Source: an uncultured bacterium
GTDB lineage: Bacteria; Patescibacteriota; Saccharimonadia; UBA4664
NCBI GenBank assembly: GCA_963740635.1
Contig: CAVUEQ010000003.1
Location: 33,350-97,349 of the forward strand
Direction of reading: 5' to 3'
DNA: 64,000 nt
Of the stretch, positions 43,912-51,586 are shown piece after piece; the first letter of the stretch is position 1, and each line of letters opens with the position of its first letter. Made by a program: the position numbers and the translations under genes. The notes under the pieces were generated by a model. That model did not search any database. It saw nothing but the letters and a program-made list of their open reading frames with translations, and had not been told where the DNA came from.

Positions 43912-45568
43912 AGCGGAATTCATAGATAATATAGGCAATCGTAAGTGAGGCCAGGATAATCAGCAACCAGCGCCCGCCGGGGGTGGTAGCGGCAGCAAGC
44001 ACGGGCTTGACTGTGGACTTGGAGGCCTTGGGTTTGGCAGCCGCTTTGGCCTTTGTGGTTTTGGGTTTAGCGGCCGCTTTGGCTTTGACGGCTTTGGCTA
44101 CGGCGGCGGCGGTACCGGGAGCCACCAGGACGTTTTCAGCGCCGGGTGTTGGCTCACCGGTCCATTGCCAACTGCCGTCGATGAGGGCCCAGGCGTCGCC
44201 GGCGCCGGCTTTGCCGTACGTAACCGTCGCTCCAAGCTGGGCGCCGGCGGGCGTATAAAGCGCCACCGAGCTGCCGGAGTTAGAGAGCGCCAGCCTGGTG
44301 AGGGAGGATTTGAGCACTGCCAGGCCGCCGGCCGGAACGGTGACGTTTGCGATCACGTATTTTTTGCTCAGGTCCGACCCGGCCTTCAGCACATAGCCGG
44401 TGAGGTCAATTTCGTCCGGATTCGGGTTGTAGATCTCTATGAACTCGTCGTTGGCGTTGGTGAGCGGTGCGACGGGGTCTGGTAAAAGCTCGTTTAAGTA
44501 CGCGGCCGGGTAGTCGACTGCGTCTTCCGAACCGGCAGTGCCGGGAACGGGGGTGTACTCATTGGCCGCGCCGGGAGTGGGTGTGAGAGTCCACAACCAA
44601 GTGTCATCGATGAAGGCCCAGCTGGCTCCCGGAACAGCGGTCTCCCAGGCAGCAGCGGTATCGATGATCTCGCCGGCGGGATTGAGCAAATTTGCTACGC
44701 CCCCGGAATTAGATAGCGAGATGTTAGTATTGCCGGATGTCACGACCAGATAGCCGTCGGTTTCGAGGATGGTTTCGGGGAATTTATAGGTGTGGGTACC
44801 GGTTTTGACGGCGTAATCCTTGATATCGAGCGCATCCGTTCCGGTATTGTGGATTTCGACGAATTCATCGGCGGCATCGGTTTGCGGGGCGGCAGGATCG
44901 ATTAACAGTTCGCTGAGCTGGAGGCCGGCGGTGTTGGTGACCGGAGCCGGATCGGGTGACGCGGACGGAGCCCCAGGAGCCGGGCTGAATGTGGCAGTTG
45001 TCGATTGTGGTTGGGGGTTGGCTTGAATGAAATAATCCGCTGCATTGTCGCCGTGAGCGCCATCGGCGCCGGGGTGGCGCTCCAGGCTCTGACCGGCGGA
45101 CGGAGCGGCGGCCGCGTTACCGGTGCCGCAGGTCGCTGTGCCCCAGGCGAGCGCGTCCACGGGTGTTTTTGATGCATCGAGCAGCCGCACCGTACCGGCC
45201 GCAGCGAGTCCCGGACTGAAGGCGGAGTCGGGAGTTAAATATCCTGTGGCAGCGAACAAATAGTGCCCGCCCGCCGGGATGCTGCCGGCACTGACAGTTG
45301 ATTTGGTAATCCAGCCCTTTGTGCAATCTGAGCCGTTGGTGGCCGAGGCGGCGCGGTATTGAAGCGCCCAGCCGGACACCGGAATGTCGGCGCCGGAGGT
45401 GTTGGCCAACTCCACGAATTCGTCGGTGGACTTGGTTTGGCCGGCATTTTGCAACTGCGAGATGACTACCCCGCTGCCGGACGCGAAAGCCGGGCGCGTT
45501 AATACAACTTCTAATCCGAACATCTGACAGAGCAAAACCGAGACACAAACCGCAATCCGCAAACGCAT
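43793..45568 (-). CDS. Secreted protein with three lamin-tail-domain (LTD) repeats, a Lys/Ala-rich segment and a C-terminal TM anchor
   Basis: Start set at MRLRIAVCVSVLL, which looks like a signal peptide. The three LTD signatures are DEFVELANTSG..VSGW, DEFVEIHNTG..IKDY and DEFIEIYNPN..LTGY. A KAKAAAKPKTTKAKAAAKPK segment follows. The last ~40 codons overlap tsaE. Confidence 0.75.
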   Translation of the reverse strand: MRLRIAVCVSVLLCQMFGLEVVLTRPAFASGSGVVISQLQNAGQTKSTDEFVELANTSGADIPVSGWALQYRAASATNGSDCTKGWITKSTVSAGSIPAGGHYLFAATGYLTPDSAFSPGLAAAGTVRLLDASKTPVDALAWGTATCGTGNAAAAPSAGQSLERHPGADGAHGDNAADYFIQANPQPQSTTATFSPAPGAPSASPDPAPVTNTAGLQLSELLIDPAAPQTDAADEFVEIHNTGTDALDIKDYAVKTGTHTYKFPETILETDGYLVVTSGNTNISLSNSGGVANLLNPAGEIIDTAAAWETAVPGASWAFIDDTWLWTLTPTPGAANEYTPVPGTAGSEDAVDYPAAYLNELLPDPVAPLTNANDEFIEIYNPNPDEIDLTGYVLKAGSDLSKKYVIANVTVPAGGLAVLKSSLTRLALSNSGSSVALYTPAGAQLGATVTYGKAGAGDAWALIDGSWQWTGEPTPGAENVLVAPGTAAAVAKAVKAKAAAKPKTTKAKAAAKPKASKSTVKPVLAAATTPGGRWLLIILASLTIAYIIYEFRYDLRNYYYKLRGYPVGRPAPVPVAVGRGSDRADERPRRG

Positions 45569-45683
45569 CGCAAGCACTCCCCTTTTATTCGTCTGACGCA
45601 CACTCTGAGAACTTTCTGAAGGATATGCGAACAAAAACCGTAGTGCAAGCACGAGCGCGATATTTTGTGCAAATTCGGCTTAA

Positions 45684-46259
45684 CTAGGCGGGATGGGGCG
45701 AGGTTTGGCGGGGTGCGGCATTTTTGGCGTCCCCGTAGGACGCGGCCTTTTCGACATATATGGCATAACTGGTCGTTGAGCCCCCGAAAAGGTCGAGAAC
45801 CGGCCCCGGTTGGCAGAACCCTGGCCGGCCGGTCACATACTCGGCGTAGCTTGACCAGCGGTATTTACGGTAATCGTTAAATGGATGCGGGTTGAGGTGA
45901 ATGTAGCGGCTGACGCTCACAAGGTAGCCTTCGTCGCCGACAGGCTTGGCTTGGAACCGTCCCTGAAACAGTGATCCGACCGTGCCATACTTGCTGTTGT
46001 ACCGGCGGGCGTAGCCGGCGAGCAGAGACCTCATTGCAACTGTAACGGGCCTCGGGCCGGTCTGCCTGAGCAGCAGGTGGAAATGGTTGTCCATGAGGCA
46101 ATATGCAATTATGCCCAGCCCGTCGCGGTCGCAAAATTGGTCCAGCTTTGAAAGAAAGTGGCGCCGATCGGCCTTGTCCCTGAAAATGACGTCTTTGTGG
46201 TTGCCCCGGCTGAAGACGTGGTAGAAGCCCTTACTAAAAGAGCGTGGAGCGGTTCCCAT
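45684..46259 (-). CDS. IS200-like / REP-associated HUH tyrosine transposase (RAYT), copy 1
   Basis: 191 aa. It has YHVFSRGNHKDVIF, the HUH motif CLMDNHFHLLL, LFQGRF, and the catalytic-Tyr helix SRYIHLNP. Confidence 0.85.
   Translation of the reverse strand: MGTAPRSFSKGFYHVFSRGNHKDVIFRDKADRRHFLSKLDQFCDRDGLGIIAYCLMDNHFHLLLRQTGPRPVTVAMRSLLAGYARRYNSKYGTVGSLFQGRFQAKPVGDEGYLVSVSRYIHLNPHPFNDYRKYRWSSYAEYVTGRPGFCQPGPVLDLFGGSTTSYAIYVEKAASYGDAKNAAPRQTSPHPA
45727..45743. repeat. RAYT-1 hairpin, 3' side (inside the last codons of the CDS)
   Basis: On the gene strand it reads GCGTCCT-ACG-GGGACGC, encoding A-S-Y-G-D-A. Confidence 0.8.
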
Positions 46260-46312
46260 ATTATCTCCTGTATCTGTAAAACGCTATTATACCATACAAA
46301 AACCGTACACTT

Positions 46313-46328
46313 CGTCCTGCGGGGACGC
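46313..46328. repeat. RAYT-1 hairpin, 5' side
   Basis: CGTCCT-GCG-GGGACG(C), lying 54 nt beyond the RAYT-1 ATG and 46 nt before the GNAT ATG. Confidence 0.8.
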
Positions 46329-46373
46329 AAATAACGCCCGGTATGCTAAATTGGTTCGAAACGGATATCCGCT

Positions 46374-46913
46374 ATGCTTGACGAACATATCGACGACCAC
46401 ATTACGATGCGAACACTGGAGCAAAACGACGCAGCGGCGCTGTCTGCAGCCGTGGATGCCAACCGCGACCACCTCGGGGCGTTTTTACCGTGGGTTCCGA
46501 ACAGCCGAACTGTAGCCGATAGTCTTGCGTTCATCGAGGAAACCCAGCAGCGGATCCGCGATGGCAAGCAACTGGCGGCCGGGATTTGGCTGGACGGCAA
46601 ACTGGCCGGCCACATCGGGCTGGAGTTTTCCGGCGAAGGACGTCACGAGCGAGGCGAGATCGGCTACTGGCTGAGCCGTGATGCAACCGGCCGCGGTATC
46701 ATGACGCGGGGCGTAAAAGTGCTGATGGACGCGGCCATGACCGACGAAAGACTGACACAGTTTTTGATACGGGCGCGCACAGATAACCGGCCGAGCCGGG
46801 CGGTCGCCGGGCGGCTGGGCTTCCGGCACGCCGGGCGCGACGTGGGGGTGGAGCGCATGGGCGGCCAGACCTACGACTTGGAGCGGTACGAGCTAAAGCT
46901 CGGCTCTTCGTAA
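46374..46913 (+). CDS. GNAT family N-acetyltransferase (RimJ/RimL-like)
   Basis: 179 aa. It has LRTLEQNDAAALSAAVDANRDHLGAFLPW and GYWLSRDATGRGIMT motifs. The last 43 nt overlap the 3' end of RAYT copy 2. Confidence 0.8.
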   Translation: MLDEHIDDHITMRTLEQNDAAALSAAVDANRDHLGAFLPWVPNSRTVADSLAFIEETQQRIRDGKQLAAGIWLDGKLAGHIGLEFSGEGRHERGEIGYWLSRDATGRGIMTRGVKVLMDAAMTDERLTQFLIRARTDNRPSRAVAGRLGFRHAGRDVGVERMGGQTYDLERYELKLGSS

Positions 46914-47437
46914 GAAACGGCCTTTTCGACATATATGGCATAACTGGTCGTTGAGCCCCCCAATAAGTCCAATACTGGCCCCGGGTCACAGAATCCCGAT
47001 TTGGGCGAGACGTATTGTCGGTAGCTGGACCACCGGTACCGGCGGTAATCCGCAAATGGGGCGGGGTTGAGGTGAATGTAAGCGCTTAACCGTATCAGGT
47101 ATTGCTCATCGTGAACCAGCTTGGCCCGAAACCGGCCCTGAAACAAGGCCCCTGACGTTCCATATTTGGCGTTGTAACGGCGCGCGTAGCCGATTAACAG
47201 CGACCGGAGAGACTTCGAGAGAGGCAGCCGGCCGTCCTGCCTTAGCGCCAGGTGAAAATGGTTGTCCATCAGGCAATAAGCGAGGACGGTGATGTTGTCG
47301 CGCTCACAGTATTCATCAAGCTTAGAAAGAAAATATACCCGGTCGGAATTGTCCTTGTAAATGACATCCTTATGAACACCCCGGCTAAAAACGTGATAAA
47401 TTTGGTCTTCTGAAAATGCTCGCGGAATGGTTCCCAT
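46871..47437 (-). CDS. IS200-like / REP-associated HUH tyrosine transposase (RAYT), copy 2
   Basis: This is the C-terminal 188 codons of track ORF 46871..48754, whose upstream part is an R-rich shadow frame over pilB. It has MGTIPRAFSEDQIYHVFSRGVHKDVIY, CLMDNHFHLAL, and SAYIHLNP. By eye it is about 60% identical to copy 1. Confidence 0.85.
   Translation of the reverse strand: MGTIPRAFSEDQIYHVFSRGVHKDVIYKDNSDRVYFLSKLDEYCERDNITVLAYCLMDNHFHLALRQDGRLPLSKSLRSLLIGYARRYNAKYGTSGALFQGRFRAKLVHDEQYLIRLSAYIHLNPAPFADYRRYRWSSYRQYVSPKSGFCDPGPVLDLLGGSTTSYAIYVEKAVSYEEPSFSSYRSKS
46903..46920. repeat. RAYT-2 hairpin, 3' side
   Basis: On the gene strand it reads CCG-TTTCTT-ACG-AAGAG-C. The GNAT stop codon TAA (46911-13) lies in the loop. 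Confidence 0.8.
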
Positions 47438-47485
47438 ATTGCTCCGTATCTGTGGGGATCTACTATACCATACAAATACCGAATA

Positions 47486-47503
47486 CCGTTTCTTGCGAAG
47501 AGC
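47486..47503. repeat. RAYT-2 hairpin, 5' side
   Basis: CCG-TTTCTT-GCG-AAGAG-C, lying 49 nt beyond the RAYT-2 ATG and 37 nt before the pilB ATG. Confidence 0.8.
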
Positions 47504-47539
47504 TGCACGGATTGCGCTTATGGTAAAATAATAGGGACT

Positions 47540-49588
47540 ATGCGCATATCTGATGGTGAGCTCAAGAAGCTGCTGCTCGACTCCGGTTTGGTGAAACCGG
47601 AGGACGTGGAGGCGGCCACGCCCAAGACCGAGGGCGCCGAAAGCCTGCAGACGGCCGTGCTCAAGCGCAAGCTGATTTCGGACAAAGACCTGGTGAAGCT
47701 GTATGCCAAGAGCATTGACGTGCCGTTTGTTGACTTGGCCGAGCAGAAGATTCCGCGCGAGCTGCTGCTGAAGATTCCGGAGCGGATTGCCCGCAAGTAC
47801 CAGGTGGTGATGTTTGGCGCCGAGGAAGACGCGCTGCAGCTGGCGATGGCCGACCCGGAGGATTTCCAGGCGGCGGACTTTATTACGAAGCAGGTCGGCG
47901 GGAAACTCAGGACCTACATCGCGACGGCGACCGACATCGTGGCGGCGCTGGACCAGTACAAAGGCGACATTTCGAATGAGGTGACGAAGGCGATTAAGGA
48001 TTCGTCGTCGGAGGCGGCGGCGGAAGAGAAGGTGAGCGCCAAGGACCTGGCCGAGGACGCGCCGATCGCCAAGACGGTGAACGTGATATTGGAGTACGCG
48101 ATCAAGAGCCGGGCGTCGGACATCCACATCGAGCCGCGCGAAAACATCGTGCAGGTGCGCTACCGGGTGGACGGCGTGCTGCGCGAGACCATGACCTTGC
48201 CCAAGCCGATATTGGCCGCGGTGGTGAGCCGCATTAAGATTTTGGCCAACTTGAAAATTGACGAGCACCGGGTGCCGCAGGACGGGCGGTTTAAGTTTGC
48301 GATGGGCTCGAAGCAAGTGGCGCTGCGCGTGAGCACGCTGCCGATCATGGACGGCGAGAAGGTCGTGATGCGCATCCTGGACGAATCGGCGCGGGCGCTG
48401 TCGCTGGAAGAGCTCGGGTTTACCGGCCACGCGCTGGAGACGATTGTGCGCAACCTGCACAAGCCGCACGGCATGACGCTGGTGACCGGCCCGACGGGTT
48501 CGGGTAAATCGACCACTTTGTACTCGGTGCTGAGCCTGCTGAACACGCCGGGCGTGAACATTTCGACGGTGGAAGACCCGGTGGAATACCGCGTGATGGG
48601 CGTCAATCAGACGCAGGTGAATCCGAAAACCGGCATGACGTTCGCGGCGGGATTGAGGGCGCTGTTGCGGCAAGACCCCAACATCATCATGGTCGGGGAG
48701 ATCCGCGACGGCGAGACGGCCGACCTGGCCGTGCAGGCCGCGCTGACCGGCCACGTGGTACTATCCACACTGCACACCAACAACGCCGCCACCACGCTCC
48801 CCCGCCTGCTCGACATGGGCCTGGAGGCGTTTTTGATCGCCAGCACGGTGAACACCGTGATTGGCCAGCGGCTGGTGCGGCGGCTGTGCCAGGTGTGCCG
48901 CGTCGGCTACATTCCGGAGGGCGTGGAGCTGAGCAACGTGAAGCGCGACTTCCAGCTCGACGCGGCGTTGAAGCGGTTTAACGAACTCAAAGGCACGCCC
49001 GAGGCCACGCCGGAGGCAACGGTGGCGCCGACGGTGGAAGCTCCCCCGCTCATCCCGGTGGCGCAGGTTATCGTGCCGACCGAGCACAAGAAGGGCAAGG
49101 TCATCAACCCCGACCACGACATCGAAACCGCCGGCAGCATTCTCGACAAGATCGCGGCCGACCCCAACATTATCAACCGCAGCGCCGCCGACGCCGGCAA
49201 GTCCAAGGCCGCGCCCGCGGCGGGGGCTGCAGCGGCCGCCGCCCCGGGGGCGAAACCCGGCACCGCTACGGCCACCGCGCCGGCCCCGCCCGCGCCCCCG
49301 CCGTCGGTTGACCCCAAGGACCTCAAAGCCGGGCAGTTCATGCTGTTTAAGCCCGGCCCGGGCTGCGAGACCTGTGGCGGCGCCAGTTACCAGGGGCGCA
49401 TGGGTATATATGAAGTGCTGGAGGTCGACGAAACCATTTCCAAGATGATCGTGGGCCGCGCCACCTCGGACGACATCCAGATGGCGGCCGTGCGGGCCGG
49501 CATGCTGACAATGCAGCAGGACGGTTTCGTGAAAGCATTGCAGGGAAAGACTACTATTGAGGAAATCCTGCGCGTAACGCGGGAATAA
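47540..49588 (+). CDS. pilB: Type IV pilus assembly ATPase PilB (GspE family)
   Basis: 682 aa. It has an N-terminal T2SSE_N-like domain, the Walker A motif GPTGSGKSTT, an Asp box and a His box. A ~110-aa Ala/Pro-rich insert splits the CQVC...CETC tetracysteine motif. Confidence 0.9.
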   Translation: MRISDGELKKLLLDSGLVKPEDVEAATPKTEGAESLQTAVLKRKLISDKDLVKLYAKSIDVPFVDLAEQKIPRELLLKIPERIARKYQVVMFGAEEDALQLAMADPEDFQAADFITKQVGGKLRTYIATATDIVAALDQYKGDISNEVTKAIKDSSSEAAAEEKVSAKDLAEDAPIAKTVNVILEYAIKSRASDIHIEPRENIVQVRYRVDGVLRETMTLPKPILAAVVSRIKILANLKIDEHRVPQDGRFKFAMGSKQVALRVSTLPIMDGEKVVMRILDESARALSLEELGFTGHALETIVRNLHKPHGMTLVTGPTGSGKSTTLYSVLSLLNTPGVNISTVEDPVEYRVMGVNQTQVNPKTGMTFAAGLRALLRQDPNIIMVGEIRDGETADLAVQAALTGHVVLSTLHTNNAATTLPRLLDMGLEAFLIASTVNTVIGQRLVRRLCQVCRVGYIPEGVELSNVKRDFQLDAALKRFNELKGTPEATPEATVAPTVEAPPLIPVAQVIVPTEHKKGKVINPDHDIETAGSILDKIAADPNIINRSAADAGKSKAAPAAGAAAAAAPGAKPGTATATAPAPPAPPPSVDPKDLKAGQFMLFKPGPGCETCGGASYQGRMGIYEVLEVDETISKMIVGRATSDDIQMAAVRAGMLTMQQDGFVKALQGKTTIEEILRVTRE

Positions 49589-49612
49589 TAATGAAACGGA
49601 CCGGAAAATAGC

Positions 49613-50833
49613 ATGGGCCAATTTAGTTACAGCGCGCGGGACAAGAGCGGAGCCATTAAGAAGGGCAGCCTGTTCGCGGCCGACCGCCCGGCTGCCACCG
49701 CGGCCCTCACCGAACAGGGCCTCACGCCGATCCTGGTGAAGGAGCTGGAGGCGAAGAAGGGTGGCAAGGGCCTGCTGGGCGGCCTGAGCCTGGGCGGCGG
49801 CAAGGTTAAGCTCCAGGACAAGGTGATTTTCAGCCGCCAATTCGCCACCATGATCAACGCCGGCGTGCCGATCGTGCAATCGCTCAACATCCTGCGCCAG
49901 CAGTCCGAATCCAAGAAGCTCAAAAAGACGGTGGCCGAGGTCGCCAAGCAGGTGGAGGGCGGCGGCACGCTGGCTGCGGCGCTGGCCGCGCACCCCGACG
50001 TGTTCAACCCGATCTATGTCAACATGGTGAAGGCCGGCGAAACCGGCGGTATTTTGGACCAGGTGCTCGACCGCCTGGCCACGCAGCAAGAAAAAGACGC
50101 CGAGGTGGTGAGCAAGGTGCGCAGCGCCATGATTTACCCGGCGGTCATCACTACGGCCACCGTGAGCGCTTTCTTCTTCCTGATGACCGTGATAGTGCCC
50201 AAGCTGTCGAGCATTTTCGAAAGCGTTGGGGCGCAGCTGCCCATATACACCAAGATCATGCTCGCGATTTCGGGATTCCTGGTGAAGGACTGGTATATAG
50301 TGATCGGCGGGTTTGTGGCGGCGGTGATCGCGTTTATGCGCTGGCACAAGACGACCAACGGCAAGCGCACGGTCGACCGGCTGATGCTCAAGGCGCCGAT
50401 ATTTGGGCCGATCCTCGTGAAGGTGAACGTGGCGCGGTTCGCGCGCACTTTCGGCTCGCTAATGGCCTCCGGTATCTCGGTGCTCGACGCCATCAACGCC
50501 ACTAAAACCGCCCTCGGCAACACGGTCTACCAGGATGAGCTGGCGATAGTGGCGCAGAAGGTCAAAAACGGCCGGCCGATGAGCGAGCACATCCGCGAAT
50601 CCAAGCACTTCCCGGCAATCGTGGGCCAGATGCTGAGCGTGGGCGAAGAAACCGGCCAGCTCGACAGCATTTTGCTGAAATTGGCGGAATTCTACGAAAA
50701 AGAAGTGGACACGGTGGTGTCGGGCATTACGTCGATCATTGAGCCGATTTTGATTATGGTGCTCGGCGGTATGGTCGGCTTTATCGTGATTTCGGTCTTC
50801 GGGCCGATCTCGAGCATTGGAAATTCGGTCTAG
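49613..50833 (+). CDS. pilC: Type IV pilus platform protein PilC (GspF family)
   Basis: 406 aa with two T2SSF repeats (FSRQFATMINAGVPI.. and FARTFGSLMASGISV..). Confidence 0.9.
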   Translation: MGQFSYSARDKSGAIKKGSLFAADRPAATAALTEQGLTPILVKELEAKKGGKGLLGGLSLGGGKVKLQDKVIFSRQFATMINAGVPIVQSLNILRQQSESKKLKKTVAEVAKQVEGGGTLAAALAAHPDVFNPIYVNMVKAGETGGILDQVLDRLATQQEKDAEVVSKVRSAMIYPAVITTATVSAFFFLMTVIVPKLSSIFESVGAQLPIYTKIMLAISGFLVKDWYIVIGGFVAAVIAFMRWHKTTNGKRTVDRLMLKAPIFGPILVKVNVARFARTFGSLMASGISVLDAINATKTALGNTVYQDELAIVAQKVKNGRPMSEHIRESKHFPAIVGQMLSVGEETGQLDSILLKLAEFYEKEVDTVVSGITSIIEPILIMVLGGMVGFIVISVFGPISSIGNSV

Positions 50834-50920
50834 TTTGACATGCAACCGTAAGCGGTTTATGATTTGGGCTAAATAGAGCATGGCTTTATTCGTCCACAAA
50901 TATTAAGGAGGTGAGCACTC

Positions 50921-51355
50921 GTGTCCATCAACAAACTATTAAAGAAACAGGGCGGATTTACACTCCTAGAGCTCTTGATCGTAATTGTGATCATCGGCAT
51001 CTTGGCGCTGTTGATCATCCCGAACATTACGTCCGCGCCGAAGAAGGCCCGCGACACCAAGCGCAAGACCGACATCACGACGGTCCGCAAAGGTCTCGAG
51101 GAATACTTCGTGAACAACAACGTGTACCCCAACGCGTTGACGGAGCTCACGACCGGTTCGGCTCCGATCGTCAAGACCCTGCCGACCGACCCCAAGAACA
51201 CCGGCGCGTTCGTGTACGTGTACACGCCCGCCAACTCTTACTCGACCTACACGCTTGAGGCGTGTCTCGAGAACGACCAGGACAACGGTCAGAACGTGAT
51301 TCCTCCGGTCGGCTCCTGCACAACCAAAACGTTCCAGCTGGTGAACGGCAACTAA
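50921..51355 (+). CDS. pilA: Type IV major pilin
   Basis: GTG start 9 nt after AAGGAGG. It has the prepilin leader and class III signal KKQGGFTLLELLIVIVIIGILA. A strong terminator follows. Confidence 0.8.
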   Translation: MSINKLLKKQGGFTLLELLIVIVIIGILALLIIPNITSAPKKARDTKRKTDITTVRKGLEEYFVNNNVYPNALTELTTGSAPIVKTLPTDPKNTGAFVYVYTPANSYSTYTLEACLENDQDNGQNVIPPVGSCTTKTFQLVNGN

Positions 51356-51374
51356 AGCAACTGCTTTAGGAAAC

Positions 51375-51423
51375 CCGGGATTATCCCGGTAAGCAAAATG
51401 GGATCCGAAAGGGTCCCATTTTT
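51375..51423 (+). terminator. Tandem hairpins, the second a canonical intrinsic terminator, after pilA
   Basis: The first is CCGGGA-TTA-TCCCGG (51375-89). The second is ATGGGATCC-GAAA-GGGTCCCAT (51398-51419) followed by TTTTT. Confidence 0.75.
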
Positions 51424-51455
51424 GTATTTGAGAGAATATATCTATCAAGTGACTG

Positions 51456-51521
51456 TTCCACTATATGGAATTTTGCCTGTTACTACAGATAAGGGATCAA
51501 GAATTATTCCATATACTGGAA
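51456..51521. promoter_or_regulatory. Two copies of the TTCCA-N5-TGGAA inverted repeat (candidate operator pair)
   Basis: TTCCActataTGGAA (51456-70) and TTCCAtatacTGGAA (51507-21), with centres 51 bp apart. They lie in the AT-rich gap between pilA and the minor-pilin genes. Confidence 0.45.
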
Positions 51522-51586
51522 CACCTCCCAAAGGTGGACGCCCTTTTTCCTTAAAAGAAAGTGAGCGTAAGCGTTATAATGAAAAT

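Larger units (their letters stand above)
45727..46328 (-). mobile_element. RAYT unit 1, bounded by inverted hairpin repeats
   Basis: The reverse complement of 45727-45743 (GCGTCCCCGTAGGACGC) matches CGTCCTGCGGGGACGC at 46313-46328 in 15 of 16 positions. Each is a self-complementary hairpin. Confidence 0.7.
46903..47503 (-). mobile_element. RAYT unit 2, bounded by inverted hairpin repeats
   Basis: The reverse complement of 46903-46920 (GCTCTTCGTAAGAAACGG) matches CCGTTTCTTGCGAAGAGC at 47486-47503 in 17 of 18 positions. Confidence 0.7.

Noticed and set aside
43793-43938. Whether tsaE starts later, to avoid the 119-146 nt overlap with the LTD gene.
   Set aside because: The N-terminal spacing to the P-loop (about 33 aa from ATG 43911) is normal for TsaE, and the tsaE frame carries the GC3 signal. 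The LTD tail is therefore the suspect part, and this is reported under that finding.
45631-45642. The 12-mer ACAAAAACCGTA at 45631-42 and 46296-307, and as reverse complement at 62296-307, as a possible dispersed motif linked to the RAYTs.
   Set aside because: Three hits of a 12-mer on two strands of 64 kb are within rough chance expectation. Their orientation relative to neighbouring genes is inconsistent.
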